DNA of 64,000 nucleotides from Clostridia bacterium (GCA_041687355.1 JAWLCD010000001.1:29424-93423), one strand, 5' to 3'; positions 18,487 to 31,332 are shown, numbered from the stretch's first letter. Numbers and translations are program-made. The notes: generated by a model not told the origin, from the letters alone.

Positions 18487-19689
18487 TTACTCAACAATCC
18501 CTGTTACTACTCCGGCTCCAACTGTTCTTCCGCCTTCACGGATAGCGAACCTGAGTCCTTCTTCAATTGCGATAGGTGTAATCAGCTTAATTGTCATTGT
18601 GATGTTATCACCAGGCATAACCATCTCTGTTCCCTGGGGCAGATCAACTACTCCGGTAACGTCGGTTGTCCTGAAATAGAACTGAGGTCTGTAACCGTTA
18701 AAGAACGGTGTATGCCTTCCACCCTCTTCCTTGGTCAGGATGTAAACCTGGCCCTTGAAATGTGTGTGAGGCTTAATTGAACCCGGTTTAGCAAGAACCT
18801 GACCTCTTTCAATGTCAGTCCTTTGGATACCTCTCAAGAGAGCTCCGATATTGTCTCCTGCTATTGCCTGGTCAAGAAGTTTTCTGAACATCTCAACTCC
18901 GGTGACAACGGTCTTTCTGGGTTGATCCATAAGTCCAACTATCTCAACTTCTTCCGACACCTTTATAGCTCCTCTTTCAACCCTACCTGTTGCAACTGTT
19001 CCACGACCAGTAATTGTGAATACGTCTTCAACCGGCATCAGGAACGGCTTGTCAGTATCTCTTTCAGGTGTTGGAACATATCTGTCAACTGCTTCCATAA
19101 GTTCAAGAATAGGTTTGTATTCAGCAGCATCCTGTTCTGTTGCTGTAGACTCGAGAGCCTTCAGAGCCGAACCCCTGATTATGGGTATATCGTCTCCAGG
19201 GAATTCGTATTTGTTTAGCAGGTCTCTCAGTTCCATTTCAACAAGCTCAATCAATTCCTCGTCATCAACCATATCAACCTTGTTGAGGAACACAACAATA
19301 TACTTTACTCCAACCTGACTTGCAAGAAGTATGTGCTCCCTAGTCTGAGGCATAGGGCCGTCTGCTGCCGAAACAACAAGTATTGCACCGTCCATCTGAG
19401 CTGCTCCGGTAATCATATTTTTAACATAGTCAGCATGACCCGGACAGTCTACATGTGCATAATGTCTGTTGTCGGTTTCATACTCAACATGTGCAGTTGA
19501 AATGGTGATTCCTCTTTCCCTTTCTTCCGGAGCCTTATCAATTTGGTCATAGGCTGTAAACTGAGCCCTGCCTTGGAAGCCAAGCACCTTTGTAATAGCA
19601 GCAGTTAAAGTAGTTTTACCATGGTCAACATGGCCAATTGTCCCAATATTAGCGTGGGGTTTAGTTCTTTCAAATTTAGCTTTTGCCAT
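18487..19689 (-). CDS. tuf: Elongation factor Tu
   Basis: 400 aa starting [28 protein letters not shown]. Confidence 0.98.
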   Translation of the reverse strand: MAKAKFERTKPHANIGTIGHVDHGKTTLTAAITKVLGFQGRAQFTAYDQIDKAPEERERGITISTAHVEYETDNRHYAHVDCPGHADYVKNMITGAAQMDGAILVVSAADGPMPQTREHILLASQVGVKYIVVFLNKVDMVDDEELIELVEMELRDLLNKYEFPGDDIPIIRGSALKALESTATEQDAAEYKPILELMEAVDRYVPTPERDTDKPFLMPVEDVFTITGRGTVATGRVERGAIKVSEEVEIVGLMDQPRKTVVTGVEMFRKLLDQAIAGDNIGALLRGIQRTDIERGQVLAKPGSIKPHTHFKGQVYILTKEEGGRHTPFFNGYRPQFYFRTTDVTGVVDLPQGTEMVMPGDNITMTIKLITPIAIEEGLRFAIREGGRTVGAGVVTGIVE

Positions 19690-19775
19690 CTTTATGATTC
19701 CTCCTTTTTATATGTTTAAGGTCTTTATCCTTACACATTTTTGGTTTTTATAGAATAGAATTCATTTTAACCATA

Positions 19776-19804
19776 ATTTTATACTGAGTCTTGTTTAATT
19801 GCAA
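19776..19804 (-). promoter_or_regulatory. Internal SigA-type promoter for tuf
   Basis: The minus strand has TTGCAA (19804-19799), a 17-nt spacer and TAAAAT (19781-19776). Confidence 0.5.
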
Positions 19805-19810
19805 CAGTTT

Positions 19811-19858
19811 AATTTAATGGAATATATTAAATAAGATATTAATACATTCCATTAAATT
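19811..19858 (-). other. 13-bp AU-rich hairpin 3 nt after the fusA stop (attenuator or processing site candidate)
   Basis: The arms are aatttaatggaat (19811-19823) and attccattaaatt (19846-19858), with a 22-nt loop. No U tract follows. Confidence 0.4.
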
Positions 19859-19861
19859 TTC

Positions 19862-21946
19862 TTAAGCCTTAGAAGCACTCCTGTCAGTTATTATTGTCTC
19901 CCTAACCGACTTGGGAACCTCTTCGTAATGGCTAAACTGCATGGTATAAATTCCTCTGCCCTGGGTTTTTGAGCGAAGGTCAGTTGCATATCCGAACATC
20001 TCGGACATGGGCACAAATCCTTTAACAACTTGAGCCCCGGACCTGGATTCCATACCTTCAATTCTTCCTCTTCTGGAGTTTATATCACCAATTACGTCAC
20101 CCATATACTCTTCTGGAACCACAACATCAACTCTCATTATTGGCTCAAGAAGTACTGGGTCGGCTTTCCTAGCGCCTTCCTTGAATGCCATGGAACCTGC
20201 TATCTTGAATGCCATTTCCGACGAGTCAACTTCGTGGAATGAGCCATCATAAAGTGTTGCCTTAATATCAACCACCGGGTATCCAGCCAGCACGCCGCTT
20301 CCAAGTGCATCCCTTATTCCCTCATCTACTGCAGGTATATACTCTTTTGGGATTACTCCTCCAACTATCTTGTTTGCAAACTCATACCCTGCACCGGGTT
20401 CCTGTGGTTCTAGTTCAACCCACACATGACCATACTGGCCACGGCCGCCTGACTGACGAACAAACTTTCCTTCGGCCTTAATGGTTTTCTTAATGGTTTC
20501 TTTGTAAGCAACCTGGGGTTTACCCACATTGGCCTCAACCTTGAATTCTCTCATCATCCTGTCAACGATTATCTCAAGGTGAAGCTCTCCCATACCTTGT
20601 ATGATGGTTTGACCGGTCTCATGGTCGGTATAAGCCCTGAATGTGGGATCTTCTTCGGATAATTTCTGCAGTGCAATGCTCATCTTTTCCTGTCCAGCCT
20701 TTGTCTTAGGCTCTATAGCAACCGATATTACCGGTTCAGGGAAATCCATTGACTCCAGGATAATAGGACTATCCATAGCACAGAGTGTGTCTCCAGTACT
20801 AACTTCTTTCATGCCCACTGCAGCTGCAATATCACCGGAATAAACCATGTCTACATCTTCCCTGTGATTTGCATGCATCTGGAGCAGTCTGCCTATTCTT
20901 TCCTTGCTGCCTTTAGTAGAGTTCAATACATAGGAACCTGATTTAATCGTACCCGAGTATACCCTGAAGAAACAGAGTTTTCCTACAAACGGGTCAGCCA
21001 TTATCTTAAATGCAAGCGCTGCCAGCGGCTCACTATCGCCGGGCTTCCTTTTGTACTCCTCTTCCCCATCTACCGATACTCCGCTCACTGGCGGAACATC
21101 CAAAGGTGACGGCATATAATCAACAATTGCATCAAGCAGAAATTGTACTCCCTTATTCCTGTATGATGAACCACAGGTTACAGGAATAATCTTAACGTTT
21201 ATTGTTGCATTCCTTATAGCCCTTCTGATTTCATCCTCGGAGATTTCTTCTCCTTCAAGATACTTCATCATGAGTTCTTCATCCTGATCAGCTACAGCTT
21301 CCAGCAAAAGATTTCTGTATTCCTCTACTTGATCGGCCATTTCATCAGGGATAGGACCATCCTCATAATTCTTTCCCAGCTCATCAAGGTAGTACCTGGC
21401 TTTCAGTTCAACCAGATCAATAATACCCTTAAACTGATCTTCTCTTCCGATTGGCAGCTGGATGGGTACGGCATTTGCACCAAGTCTGTCCTTCATCATC
21501 TGTAAAACATTAAAAAAGTCTGCACCCATGATGTCCATCTTGTTTACATATGCCAATCTTGGAACATGATACTTATCAGCCTGTCTCCATACAGTTTCAG
21601 ATTGAGGTTCAACTCCTCCTTTTGCACAAAAGAGTGCTACCGAGCCGTCAAGTACCCTTAATGACCTCTCTACCTCAACTGTAAAATCCACGTGGCCTGG
21701 CGTATCGATAATATTAATTCTGGTGTCTTTCCACTGGGTTGTAGTAGCAGCAGAAGTGATGGTAATACCCCTTTCCTGCTCCTGCTCCATCCAATCCATG
21801 GTTGCCGCACCTTCATGGACTTCTCCCATTTTATGAAGCCTGCCTGTATAAAACAGTATTCTTTCTGTGGTAGTAGTCTTTCCTGCATCTATATGTGCCA
21901 TTATACCTATATTTCTTGTTTTTTCCAATGGGAACTGTCTTGGCAT
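19862..21946 (-). CDS. fusA: Elongation factor G
   Basis: 694 aa with the GTPase motifs AHIDAGKTT and DTPGH, plus domains II-V. Confidence 0.98.
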   Translation of the reverse strand: MPRQFPLEKTRNIGIMAHIDAGKTTTTERILFYTGRLHKMGEVHEGAATMDWMEQEQERGITITSAATTTQWKDTRINIIDTPGHVDFTVEVERSLRVLDGSVALFCAKGGVEPQSETVWRQADKYHVPRLAYVNKMDIMGADFFNVLQMMKDRLGANAVPIQLPIGREDQFKGIIDLVELKARYYLDELGKNYEDGPIPDEMADQVEEYRNLLLEAVADQDEELMMKYLEGEEISEDEIRRAIRNATINVKIIPVTCGSSYRNKGVQFLLDAIVDYMPSPLDVPPVSGVSVDGEEEYKRKPGDSEPLAALAFKIMADPFVGKLCFFRVYSGTIKSGSYVLNSTKGSKERIGRLLQMHANHREDVDMVYSGDIAAAVGMKEVSTGDTLCAMDSPIILESMDFPEPVISVAIEPKTKAGQEKMSIALQKLSEEDPTFRAYTDHETGQTIIQGMGELHLEIIVDRMMREFKVEANVGKPQVAYKETIKKTIKAEGKFVRQSGGRGQYGHVWVELEPQEPGAGYEFANKIVGGVIPKEYIPAVDEGIRDALGSGVLAGYPVVDIKATLYDGSFHEVDSSEMAFKIAGSMAFKEGARKADPVLLEPIMRVDVVVPEEYMGDVIGDINSRRGRIEGMESRSGAQVVKGFVPMSEMFGYATDLRSKTQGRGIYTMQFSHYEEVPKSVRETIITDRSASKA

Positions 21947-22010
21947 GACTCTCCTCCTTTCCTTAACGAGGTGCCAACATGAAGTTTTATCTTATCGTGT
22001 ACAGACTGCA

Positions 22011-22481
22011 TTACCATCTATAATGGGCGAATGCCCTGTTTGCTTCTGCCATCTTGTGAGTATCTTCCCTTTTCTTCACTGAACTGCCTGCATTATTTGA
22101 AGCATCCAGTATCTCTCCAGCAAGTCTCTCTCTCATTGTCTTCTCGTTTCTTTTTCTGGCAAAATCAACAAGCCATCTCAGACCCAGGGTCTGTCTCCTA
22201 TCGGGTCTAACCTCTATGGGAACCTGATAGGTTGCTCCACCTACACGCCTTGCCTTGACCTCAAGAACAGGCATAATATTATTCATAGCCAGTTCAAAAA
22301 CTTCAAGCGGGTCCTTGCCGGTTTTCTGCTTAACAATATCAAATGCTTCATAGCAAATTTTCTGGGCTGCTCCCTTTTTGCCACTCAACATTAATTTATT
22401 AATCAGCTTAGTTACCACCTTGTCATTGTAAATCGGGTCAGGCAGCACATCCCTTTTGGGTATAAATCCTTTTCTTGGCAC
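22011..22481 (-). CDS. rpsG: 30S ribosomal protein S7
   Basis: 156 aa with a GTG start 8 nt after aggaggg. It begins [16 protein letters not shown]. Confidence 0.98.
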   Translation of the reverse strand: MPRKGFIPKRDVLPDPIYNDKVVTKLINKLMLSGKKGAAQKICYEAFDIVKQKTGKDPLEVFELAMNNIMPVLEVKARRVGGATYQVPIEVRPDRRQTLGLRWLVDFARKRNEKTMRERLAGEILDASNNAGSSVKKREDTHKMAEANRAFAHYRW

Positions 22482-22502
22482 TATTCTTCCCTCCTTTTTT
22501 TG

Positions 22503-22557
22503 CTCTAGAAAAATCTGAAATCTCTACATCAGTTTTTGAAGTTTCAGTTTCTAGAAG
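22503..22557 (-). promoter_or_regulatory. Extended hairpin just upstream of the rpsG SD (candidate S7 translational operator)
   Basis: In minus-strand RNA, ucuagaaacugaaa pairs with uuucagauuuuucuaga. The structure ends about 10 nt before the SD. Confidence 0.35.
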
Positions 22558-22620
22558 GTACTCGAGAATTAACCCGTCAGTGCTTGTTCTTAACACATAT
22601 CTATGTTAACCCTTGCACTT

Positions 22621-22690
22621 AATTGGCTAATGGCTTTTGGCCTTTGGCTTTTGGCTTTTTACCAATAGCTAACAGCCAACAGCTAATAGC
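22621..22690. repeat. Ten tandem heptanucleotide units (NNNNRGC) abutting the rpsL stop codon
   Basis: The plus strand reads aattggc taatggc ttttggc ctttggc ttttggc tttttac caatagc taacagc caacagc taatagc. The two halves are imperfectly complementary. Confidence 0.8.
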
Positions 22691-23103
22691 TATTTCTTGG
22701 GTCTCTTTGCTCCGTATTTTGACCTTCCCTGCATCCTGTTTGCAACTCCTGCTGTATCAAGGGTACCCCTAACTATATGGTACCTTACTCCAGGAAGATC
22801 CTTAACTCTTCCACCTCTTATCAGGACAACACTATGTTCCTGTAAGTTGTGCCCAATACCGGGAATATACGAGGTAACCTCTATACCGTTAGTTAACCTA
22901 ACCCTTGCAACCTTTCTCAAAGCTGAATTAGGTTTTTTAGGTGTCGTTGTTTTAACCACGGTACATACCCCTCTCTTCTGAGGACAGTCAAGGTCTGTAT
23001 GCTTCTTTTTCAGAGAATTAAAACCCTTTAAAAGTGCAGGAGCAGTCGATTTTTTCTTAATAACCTCTCTACCTTTCCTGGTCAACTGGTTAAACGTTGG
23101 CAT
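22690..23103 (-). CDS. rpsL: 30S ribosomal protein S12
   Basis: 137 aa starting [13 protein letters not shown], with [10 protein letters not shown]. The length is Firmicute-type. Confidence 0.98.
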   Translation of the reverse strand: MPTFNQLTRKGREVIKKKSTAPALLKGFNSLKKKHTDLDCPQKRGVCTVVKTTTPKKPNSALRKVARVRLTNGIEVTSYIPGIGHNLQEHSVVLIRGGRVKDLPGVRYHIVRGTLDTAGVANRMQGRSKYGAKRPKK

Positions 23104-23167
23104 TCATTCACCTCCTTCCAATGATAGTTTATTCGTAAAGCCGTTAGCAAATCGCTTTAGGCAATTA

Positions 23168-23413
23168 CTATTCCTTAATCACAACCACAGTTGATGCCCC
23201 TACATCTATCCCACATGCTTTGCCTAAGTTTCTCATTGTATCTATATATACTATTTCAACAGATTTACTCATGCAAAGATTAATAAAACTCTGTAGAAGG
23301 TCCTGGTCTGCATCATTTGCAATAAACGCTTTCACAGCCATATCGGTTTCTACGGCTCTTTGGCATTCCTTTAACCCAACTTTTTTCTTGCATTTCTTCA
23401 GAGTATCTGTCAT
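23168..23413 (-). CDS. L7Ae/L30e-family ribosome-associated protein (YbxF-like)
   Basis: 81 aa lying between rpoC and rpsL, as with B. subtilis ybxF. The sequence is L7Ae-fold-like (AFIANDAD...VEIVYIDTMRNLGKACGI). Confidence 0.85.
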   Translation of the reverse strand: MTDTLKKCKKKVGLKECQRAVETDMAVKAFIANDADQDLLQSFINLCMSKSVEIVYIDTMRNLGKACGIDVGASTVVVIKE

Positions 23414-23503
23414 CCGTTATCCCCCTTACCGGCAATCAGTAACTGGATTAGACAACTAAATCTAATTCACCTCTAACTATTGGTTAGAGAGCGAACAGAA
23501 AAT

Positions 23504-23532
23504 ATTTTACCACTTGACTCTATATATGTCAA
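23504..23532 (-). promoter_or_regulatory. SigA-type promoter for the L7Ae-rpsL-rpsG-fusA operon
   Basis: The minus strand has TTGACA (23532-23527), a 17-nt spacer and TAAAAT (23509-23504). Confidence 0.65.
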
Positions 23533-23562
23533 GATAATAAGATTAGGGTTTAATTTCTTGTT

Positions 23563-23597
23563 AAAAGTCAGCGCCCAGGTTGCAGGGCGCTGACTTC
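23563..23597 (-). terminator. Terminator hairpin after rpoC
   Basis: The minus strand reads gaagtcagcgccc-tgcaacc-tgggcgctgactt followed by tt. Confidence 0.7.
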
Positions 23598-23601
23598 AGG
23601 T

Positions 23602-26600
23602 CTATTCTGTAACCGTACTGATGCTTATATCTTTATATCTGCTCATTCCCGTACCTGCAGGAATCAGTTTTCCTATGATTACATTTTCTTTAAGGCCAAC
23701 CAGCGGGTCTATCTTTCCCTTTATTGCAGCTTCGGTCAGAACCCTGGTGGTCTCCTGGAATGATGCTGCCGACAGGAATGATTCGGTTGCCAGTGACGCT
23801 TTTGTTATTCCCAGGAGTGTTCTTTTTCCTGATGCAGGCTCTTTCCCTTCGGCAGTAGCTTTTGCATTCTCTTCTTCAAAATCGAATATATCGACAGTTG
23901 CTCCGGGAAGCAAGTTTGTATCTCCAGGATCATCAACCTTAACCTTCCTTAACATCTGTCTAACTATAACCTCTATATGCTTATCGTTGATATCAACACC
24001 CTGCATTCTATAAACCTTCTGTACTTCCTGAAGCAGGTAGGCCTGAACACCGTTGACACCTTTAATCTTTAATATATCGTGCGGATTAACCGAACCCTCA
24101 GTCAATTCATCTCCGGCTTCGATGGTTTCCCCGTCTTCAACCTTAACCCTTGAGCCATACGGTATAAGGTATGTTCTGGAATCACCATCTTCAGAGGTAA
24201 CGACTATCTCTCTCTTTTTCTTGGTGTCGTTAATCTTAACCTTTCCGCTAATTTCAGATATTATGGCCAGACCCTTCGGCTTCCTGGCCTCAAAAAGCTC
24301 TTCCACCCTGGGCAGACCGTGTGTTATATCTTCTCCGGCTACACCACCTGTATGGAAGGTTCTCATCGTCAGCTGGGTTCCTGGTTCTCCTATTGACTGT
24401 GCGGCTATAATTCCTACTGCCTCACCAACATTAACAAGTTCTCCGGTCGCCAGGTTTGAACCATAGCACTTGGAGCAGACGCCATATTCGGACTTGCATG
24501 TAAGCACAGATCTTATTGCTATCTTTCTTATACCTGAATTTACAATTCTGCCGGCAATTGCATCGTCTATCATGATATCAGAATCTACCAGTACTTCGCC
24601 CGTTTCCGGGTGTAGAATCTTCTCAATGGTATACCTTCCAACCAATCTTTCTTTAAGCTCTTCGATTACGTCACTCCCGTCCTTCACATCAGATACAACA
24701 ATTCCCTTCTTAGTTCTGCAGTCTACCTCTCTGACTATAACATCCTGGCTTACATCTACAAGCCTTCTGGTCAGGTAACCTGAGTCTGCAGTCCTGAGGG
24801 CTGTATCTGCCAAACCCTTTCTTGAACCGTGGGTTGAAGTAAAGTACTCCAGAACATTCAGTCCTTCTCTGAGGTTGGATCTGATAGGGATTTCTATAGT
24901 CCTACCAGAGGTATTAGCCATAAGGCCCCTCATTCCGGCAAGCTGTCTTATCTGATTGATATTTCCCCTTGCTCCCGAATGCGCCATCATAAACAGAGGA
25001 TTAAATTTATCAAGACTCTGCATCAGGTCACCGGTCACATTTTCAACTGCCTCGGTCCATGTATTTATTACAGAGTTATATCTTTCATCGTTAGATATTA
25101 ACCCCTTCTTATACTGCTTCACAATCCTGTCTATTCTGTCGTCAGCTTCTTCAAGTATTTTTGCTTTGGACCCCGGAATTACCATATCTGAAACGCTTAT
25201 GGTAATTGCACCTTTGGTAGAGAACTTGAAACCAAGCGACTTAACCTTATCCAGCGCAATTGCTGTTTGTGTGGTGCCATGAATCTTAATACACCTATTA
25301 ACAATTTCTCCCAAGGCCTTTCTATCCACAATAAAATCCACTTCCAGGTCAAAGAACCTTCCAGGCTCACTTCTATCGATATAGCCAAGGTCCTGAGGAA
25401 CAGCTTCATTGAACAGAAGCTTTCCTGTCGTTGCTTTTATAACCTTATATTGTTTCACCCCGTCTACCATTTTAGAAACCCTTACATTGATAACAGCATG
25501 CAAATCAATATACCCATTATCATATGCCATATAAGCTTCTTCAGGGCAGCTGAAATATAAGCCTTCTCCCTTAGCGTTCTCCCTTTCTATGGTAAGGTAG
25601 TAACTCCCAAGCACCATATCCTGGGTGGGAACCACTACGGGTCTTCCATCCTGAGGTTTTAAGAGGTTATTAGCTGACAGCATTAGGAACCTTGCTTCGG
25701 CTTGTGCTTCTGCGGACAGAGGCACGTGTACAGCCATCTGGTCGCCGTCAAAGTCAGCATTGTATGCCGTACACACCAATGGGTGGAGCTTCAGTGCCCT
25801 ACCTTCAACCAATACAGGTTCAAATGCCTGAATTCCAAGCCTATGGAGAGTAGGTGCACGGTTGAGCAGTACAGGGTGCTCTTTAATAACTTCCTCCAGT
25901 ACATCCCATACTTCATTTCTTACCCTTTCAACCATTCTCTTGGCGCTCTTTATATTATGTGCCAGCCCATCATTGACCAGCTTCTTCATTACAAATGGCT
26001 TAAACAGTTCAAGTGCCATTTCCTTTGGCAAACCGCACTGGTATATTTTCAGTTCAGGGCCAACAACTATAACCGAACGACCTGAGTAGTCAACCCTCTT
26101 ACCAAGCAGATTCTGTCTGAATCTTCCCTGTTTACCCTTGAGCATATCGGATAAGGACTTCAGCGGTCTGTTTCCAGGTCCGGTAACAGGTCTCCCTCTT
26201 CTGCCGTTATCTATAAGTGAATCCACAGCCTCCTGGAGCATCCTCTTTTCATTTCTGACAATAATATCCGGTGCTCCAAGGTCAAGCAGTCTTTTCAGCC
26301 TGTTATTTCTATTAATAACCCTCCTGTAGAGGTCATTCAAGTCGGAAGTTGCAAACCTGCCTCCATCCAACTGCACCATTGGCCTGATTTCAGGTGGAAT
26401 TACAGGTATAACATCAAGTATCATCCAATCCGGCCTATTATTTGACATCTTGAATGCCTCGACCACTTCAAGTCTCTTTATTGTCCTGATTTTCTTCTGG
26501 CCGGTTGAAGTCTTCAATTCACTCCTAAGCTCAGCCGACATTTGATCAAGGTTTATTTCTGCCAGAAGTTCTTTTATCGCTTCTGCGCCCATACCTGCCC

Positions 26601-27099
26601 TGAATCTGTGTCCGAACTTCTCTATGCTGTCACGGTACTCCTTCTCCGAAAGCAGCTGTTTCTTGGACAGGGGCGTCTGTCCAGGGTCAATCACAATATA
26701 TGATGCAAAATACAGCACCTTTTCAAGTGCACGAGGTGAAATATCAAGCATGAGACCCATCCTGCTCGGTATGCCCTTGAAATACCATATATGGGACACC
26801 GGTGCAGCCAGTTCAATATGGCCCATACGCTCTCTTCTAACCTTGGAACGCGTAACCTCAACCCCGCACCTGTCACACACTATACCCTTATATCTTACTC
26901 TTTTGAATTTTCCGCAGTGACATTCCCAATCCTTCTGCGGACCAAATATTCTTTCACAGAACAGACCATCTCTTTCAGGCTTCAGAGTTCTATAGTTTAT
27001 GGTCTCCGGCTTCTTGACCTCGCCCTTCGACCACTCCCTTATCTTCTCAGGAGAAGCCAAGCCTATTTGTAAACTATCAAAGTTATTTAATTCAAACAT
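23602..27099 (-). CDS. rpoC: DNA-directed RNA polymerase subunit beta'
   Basis: 1165 aa with the NADFDGD catalytic motif and zinc-binding Cys clusters. Confidence 0.98.
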   Translation of the reverse strand: MFELNNFDSLQIGLASPEKIREWSKGEVKKPETINYRTLKPERDGLFCERIFGPQKDWECHCGKFKRVRYKGIVCDRCGVEVTRSKVRRERMGHIELAAPVSHIWYFKGIPSRMGLMLDISPRALEKVLYFASYIVIDPGQTPLSKKQLLSEKEYRDSIEKFGHRFRAGMGAEAIKELLAEINLDQMSAELRSELKTSTGQKKIRTIKRLEVVEAFKMSNNRPDWMILDVIPVIPPEIRPMVQLDGGRFATSDLNDLYRRVINRNNRLKRLLDLGAPDIIVRNEKRMLQEAVDSLIDNGRRGRPVTGPGNRPLKSLSDMLKGKQGRFRQNLLGKRVDYSGRSVIVVGPELKIYQCGLPKEMALELFKPFVMKKLVNDGLAHNIKSAKRMVERVRNEVWDVLEEVIKEHPVLLNRAPTLHRLGIQAFEPVLVEGRALKLHPLVCTAYNADFDGDQMAVHVPLSAEAQAEARFLMLSANNLLKPQDGRPVVVPTQDMVLGSYYLTIERENAKGEGLYFSCPEEAYMAYDNGYIDLHAVINVRVSKMVDGVKQYKVIKATTGKLLFNEAVPQDLGYIDRSEPGRFFDLEVDFIVDRKALGEIVNRCIKIHGTTQTAIALDKVKSLGFKFSTKGAITISVSDMVIPGSKAKILEEADDRIDRIVKQYKKGLISNDERYNSVINTWTEAVENVTGDLMQSLDKFNPLFMMAHSGARGNINQIRQLAGMRGLMANTSGRTIEIPIRSNLREGLNVLEYFTSTHGSRKGLADTALRTADSGYLTRRLVDVSQDVIVREVDCRTKKGIVVSDVKDGSDVIEELKERLVGRYTIEKILHPETGEVLVDSDIMIDDAIAGRIVNSGIRKIAIRSVLTCKSEYGVCSKCYGSNLATGELVNVGEAVGIIAAQSIGEPGTQLTMRTFHTGGVAGEDITHGLPRVEELFEARKPKGLAIISEISGKVKINDTKKKREIVVTSEDGDSRTYLIPYGSRVKVEDGETIEAGDELTEGSVNPHDILKIKGVNGVQAYLLQEVQKVYRMQGVDINDKHIEVIVRQMLRKVKVDDPGDTNLLPGATVDIFDFEEENAKATAEGKEPASGKRTLLGITKASLATESFLSAASFQETTRVLTEAAIKGKIDPLVGLKENVIIGKLIPAGTGMSRYKDISISTVTE

Positions 27100-27117
27100 G
27101 GCATCGTCTCCTCAATT

Positions 27118-30100
27118 CTAATATTCTTTATCAACTTTTAGTTCATCTTTTATATCATCCAGTTCTTTATCAGTAAACAAGTCGTCTTCATCAGAGTCCT
27201 GTTCCAGCACAACCGGCTCTGCGATGTCTTCAAGTTCAAAGTCGTCTGCCTCGCTATCTTCTTCCTCTGCAATTTCCTCTTCCTCATAGTCGTTGTAATC
27301 ACCCAGAGGTATTTCATCTTCACGTCCCTCAAGGTTCACTGTTAGCTCTTCAGTCTCATCATCTACAGACTCTTTGATAGCTATTTCTTCGCGTTCTTCG
27401 GACAGAACCTTGACGTCCAGCGCCAGACTCTGGAGTTCCTTTATCAACACCTTAAATGATTCAGGTACCCCTGGTTCCGGTACATTCTCACCCTTTACGA
27501 TAGACTCATAGGTTTTTACCCTTCCAACGATGTCGTCAGACTTTACTGTCAGAATCTCCTGCAGGGTATATGAGGCTCCATAAGCTTCAAGTGCCCAAAC
27601 CTCCATCTCTCCAAATCTCTGTCCACCAAACTGAGCTTTACCTCCCAAAGGCTGCTGTGTAACCAGCGAATAAGGACCTGTGGACCGGGCATGAATCTTG
27701 TCATCTACCAGATGAGCAAGCTTAAGGATATACATGTAACCTACTGTTACAGGACTGTCGAAAGGTTCTCCAGTCCTTCCGTCAAACAGTATGCTTTTTC
27801 CGTTTCTCATTAATCCTGCTTTCTCCAGGGTGTCTTCAATGTTCTCCTCGGTTGCTCCGTCAAATACAGGAGTCGCAACCTTCCAGCCCAGTGCTTTTGC
27901 CGCATAACCCAGATGTGTCTCCAAAACCTGACCAATATTCATACGCGAAGGCACTCCAAGTGGATTCAGCACTATTTCCAATGGCGTTCCGTCGGGTAGG
28001 AACGGCATATCCTCCTCGGGGAGAATTCTTGATATTACACCCTTATTACCATGACGTCCTGCCATTTTGTCACCAACAGATATTTTTCTTTTCTGTGCTA
28101 CATAAACCCTCACCAACTGGTTAACACCTGGTGAAAGATCGTCTCCATTTTCTCTGGTAAATACCTTCACATCAACAACAATACCAGATTCACCATGAGG
28201 AATCCTAAGGGATGTATCTCTAACCTCTCTTGCTTTTTCACCGAATATGGCTCTTAGCAGCCTTTCTTCAGCTGTGAGTTCAGTCTCCCCTTTAGGTGTA
28301 ACCTTACCAACCAGAATATCTCCTGCAATGACCTCAGCGCCAATTCTTATTATTCCCCTCTCATCAAGGTCTTTCAGAGCCTCTTCCCCGACATTTGGAA
28401 TGTCTCTTGTAATCTCTTCAGGACCAAGCTTTGTATCTCTGGCTTCGGCTTCATATTCTTCAATATGAATGGAAGTAAAGGTATCATTTTTGACCAATTT
28501 CTCACTTATCAGTATAGCATCTTCATAGTTGTAGCCCTCCCAGGTCATGAATCCGACAAGTACATTTCTTCCCAACGCAAGTTCACCGTTGTCAGTTGAC
28601 GGACCATCACCAATAACATCGCCTTTCTTTACCTTTTCTCCTCTTCTGACAATAGCCCTTTGATTTATGCAAGTACCTTGGTTGGACCTCTTAAACTTCA
28701 AGAGCTTATAAGAATCCTTCTGTCCATCCTTGGTTTTTATAACTATCTCATCAGCAGTAACTTTCTCAATTACACCATCATTTTTAGCTAGTATTACAAC
28801 GCCAGAATCTTTGGCTGACTTGTACTCCATACCGGTACCTACGATTGGAGCCTCTGTTTTAATCAGAGGAACTGCCTGTCTCTGCATGTTTGAACCCATA
28901 AGCGCCCTGTTGGCGTCATCGTTCTCAAGGAACGGTATCATAGCAGTTGCAACCGAAACAATCTGCTTGGGAGATACATCCATAAAGTCTACATCCTTAT
29001 CTTCAACCTCAAGTATCTCTTCCTTGAACCTTACTGTAACCTTTTTAGCCAGGAACTTACCATTATCATCCAACGGTTCATTAGCCTGCGCAATTACATA
29101 TTCGTCTTCTTCATCGGCCGTAAGATATATAATTTCATCGGTAACCGTACTTTTTTCTCTGTCAACCCTACGGTATGGTGTCTCTATAAACCCGTACTCA
29201 TTAATTCGCGCATAGGTACTCAGTGAACCAATCAATCCGATATTGGGACCTTCAGGAGTTTCTATAGGACACATTCTCCCATAGTGAGAGTGATGAACGT
29301 CTCTCACTTCAAACCCAGCTCTTTCTCTGCTAAGACCACCCGGACCGAGGGCACTCAACCTCCTTTTATGGGTAAGTTCAGCAAGCGGGTTGGTCTGGTC
29401 CATAAATTGTGACAGCTGACTGCTTCCAAAGAACTCTTTTATGGATGCAGATACCGGTCTTATATTTATAAGGGTCTGCGGTGTAACTATGTCAAGGTCT
29501 TGGATGGTCATCCTTTCCTTAACCACTCTCTCCATCCTTGCAAGCCCTATTCTGAATTGATTCTGGAGAAGTTCCCCAACCGAACGGAGCCTTCTATTGC
29601 CTAAATGGTCAATATCGTCAATCGAGCCAACTCCGTATGCAAGATTATTCACATAGTTGATTGAGCTTACTATATCATCAATAGTAATATGCTTGGGTAC
29701 CAACTCATCAATTCTATCATTCAAAGCAGCTTTTATCTTCTCTTTTGATTTATTGTTCTCAAGTATGTCTGCCAGCACATCAAATTTGACTTTCCTGTTG
29801 GCAACTTCCAGTCCACTTATATCAAAGTCAAGATAGCGGCTGATATCGACTGTCTTATTTCCAATTACTTTTATCTTTCTTCCTTCTACTTCTATATAAA
29901 CCTCGTTTATTCCTGAATCCTGTATCTTTTCGGCAAGGCTTCTGTCTATCCTGCTTCCAACCTCGACAAGAATCTCACCTGTCCTGGGATCAGTAACCGA
30001 CTCGGCCGCAATATTACCGTTAATTCTTGCTGCAAGAGAAAGCTTTTTATCAAACTTGAACCTTCCCACCTTGGCAAGGTCATATCTCTTTGGATCAAAG

Positions 30101-30873
30101 AATAGCAGGTTAATCAGGGATTTGGCACTTTCAACGGTTGGTGGCTCACCCGGCCTTAACCTCTTGTAAATCTCAAGCAATCCTTCTTCTTCGTTCTTTG
30201 TATTATCCTTTTGTATGGTGGCAAGTGCTCTTTCATCCTCGCCAAGAATATCGATAATCTGGGCATCCGATTCATAACCCAGTGCCCTCAGCAGAACAGT
30301 TACAGGCAGTTTTCTGGTTCTGTCCACTCTCACAGAAAAGATATCATTTGAGTCGGTTTCATATTCCAGCCAAGCTCCTCTGTTCGGTATAACAGTTGCA
30401 CTGAAAAGTCGCTTCCCTGTCTTATCAAACTCTGCGGAATAATAGATACCGGGAGAACGAACCAACTGGCTTACAATAACCCTCTCAGCACCATTGATTA
30501 TAAAGGTACCTTGCTCGGTCATGAGGGGAAAGTCACCCATGAATATTTCCTGTTCCTTGACTTCACCCGTTTCCTTATTAATAAGCCGAACTTTAACCTT
30601 TAGTGGAGCCGCATAGGTAGCATCCCTTTCCTTGCACTCCTCTACCGAGTACTTGGGGTTTTCATCTAGAGAATAATTTACAAACTCAAGTATGAGATTA
30701 CCGGTATAATCAGTAATCGGGGATACATCTCTGAAAACTTCCCTCAGCCCTTCTTCTAGAAACCATAGATAAGAATTCTTCTGGACTTCAATCAGATTGG
30801 GTATGTCCAGCACCTCATCGATCTTGGAATAACTCATTCTCTTAACCCTGCCCAGCTTGACCTCATGAACCAT
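27118..30873 (-). CDS. rpoB: DNA-directed RNA polymerase subunit beta, with a long acidic C-terminal tail
   Basis: Start chosen at the ATG at 30873 ([22 protein letters not shown]), 6 nt after gaggtg. The last ~90 aa are strongly D/E-rich ([20 protein letters not shown]...). Confidence 0.97.
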   Translation of the reverse strand: MVHEVKLGRVKRMSYSKIDEVLDIPNLIEVQKNSYLWFLEEGLREVFRDVSPITDYTGNLILEFVNYSLDENPKYSVEECKERDATYAAPLKVKVRLINKETGEVKEQEIFMGDFPLMTEQGTFIINGAERVIVSQLVRSPGIYYSAEFDKTGKRLFSATVIPNRGAWLEYETDSNDIFSVRVDRTRKLPVTVLLRALGYESDAQIIDILGEDERALATIQKDNTKNEEEGLLEIYKRLRPGEPPTVESAKSLINLLFFDPKRYDLAKVGRFKFDKKLSLAARINGNIAAESVTDPRTGEILVEVGSRIDRSLAEKIQDSGINEVYIEVEGRKIKVIGNKTVDISRYLDFDISGLEVANRKVKFDVLADILENNKSKEKIKAALNDRIDELVPKHITIDDIVSSINYVNNLAYGVGSIDDIDHLGNRRLRSVGELLQNQFRIGLARMERVVKERMTIQDLDIVTPQTLINIRPVSASIKEFFGSSQLSQFMDQTNPLAELTHKRRLSALGPGGLSRERAGFEVRDVHHSHYGRMCPIETPEGPNIGLIGSLSTYARINEYGFIETPYRRVDREKSTVTDEIIYLTADEEDEYVIAQANEPLDDNGKFLAKKVTVRFKEEILEVEDKDVDFMDVSPKQIVSVATAMIPFLENDDANRALMGSNMQRQAVPLIKTEAPIVGTGMEYKSAKDSGVVILAKNDGVIEKVTADEIVIKTKDGQKDSYKLLKFKRSNQGTCINQRAIVRRGEKVKKGDVIGDGPSTDNGELALGRNVLVGFMTWEGYNYEDAILISEKLVKNDTFTSIHIEEYEAEARDTKLGPEEITRDIPNVGEEALKDLDERGIIRIGAEVIAGDILVGKVTPKGETELTAEERLLRAIFGEKAREVRDTSLRIPHGESGIVVDVKVFTRENGDDLSPGVNQLVRVYVAQKRKISVGDKMAGRHGNKGVISRILPEEDMPFLPDGTPLEIVLNPLGVPSRMNIGQVLETHLGYAAKALGWKVATPVFDGATEENIEDTLEKAGLMRNGKSILFDGRTGEPFDSPVTVGYMYILKLAHLVDDKIHARSTGPYSLVTQQPLGGKAQFGGQRFGEMEVWALEAYGASYTLQEILTVKSDDIVGRVKTYESIVKGENVPEPGVPESFKVLIKELQSLALDVKVLSEEREEIAIKESVDDETEELTVNLEGREDEIPLGDYNDYEEEEIAEEEDSEADDFELEDIAEPVVLEQDSDEDDLFTDKELDDIKDELKVDKEY

Positions 30874-31267
30874 TAACATCACCTCAATAAAATTTAGCTT
30901 GCTTAGTCTGTACTATTTCAGGAAAAGCGCTCTCACAAAAGGAACATATGTCTGTATAAATACACAAAGGCTTATAAAAAGGCGGTGAGAAAGCCTTTAT
31001 TTAAAGCCTTGCAAATAGATTTTATGTTCCCTGTTCTTAAACCTCTTCATATATAATCTCGAGAATAATATTGTATAATTTTTGAAGTATAAAACTTAAA
31101 ATATTACATAAATTAAAATAGAAATCTTCTGTACCAATGTATTATTAGCATATATTGCATTGTTTATTCGGTTATGCTATAATCATGTTAAATCACACAA
31201 ACATTGTTAAACTGCCTTTTACCATTCAATAGGCACAAGTATCCCACTGACTATAATGCAGTATTAA

Positions 31268-31296
31268 ATTCTAACATAGCTTTTATAACCTGTCAA
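31268..31296 (-). promoter_or_regulatory. SigA-type promoter about 390 nt upstream of rpoB
   Basis: The minus strand has TTGACA (31296-31291), a 17-nt spacer and TAGAAT (31273-31268). It lies directly after the ftsH terminator. Confidence 0.6.
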
Positions 31297-31332
31297 TAAA
31301 AAAAATAGATGCAAGTTGCATCTATTTTTTTT
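31297..31332 (-). terminator. Rho-independent terminator of ftsH (symmetrical A/T flanks)
   Basis: The stem atagatgca-agt-tgcatctat is flanked by aaaaaaaa and tttttttt. Confidence 0.85.
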
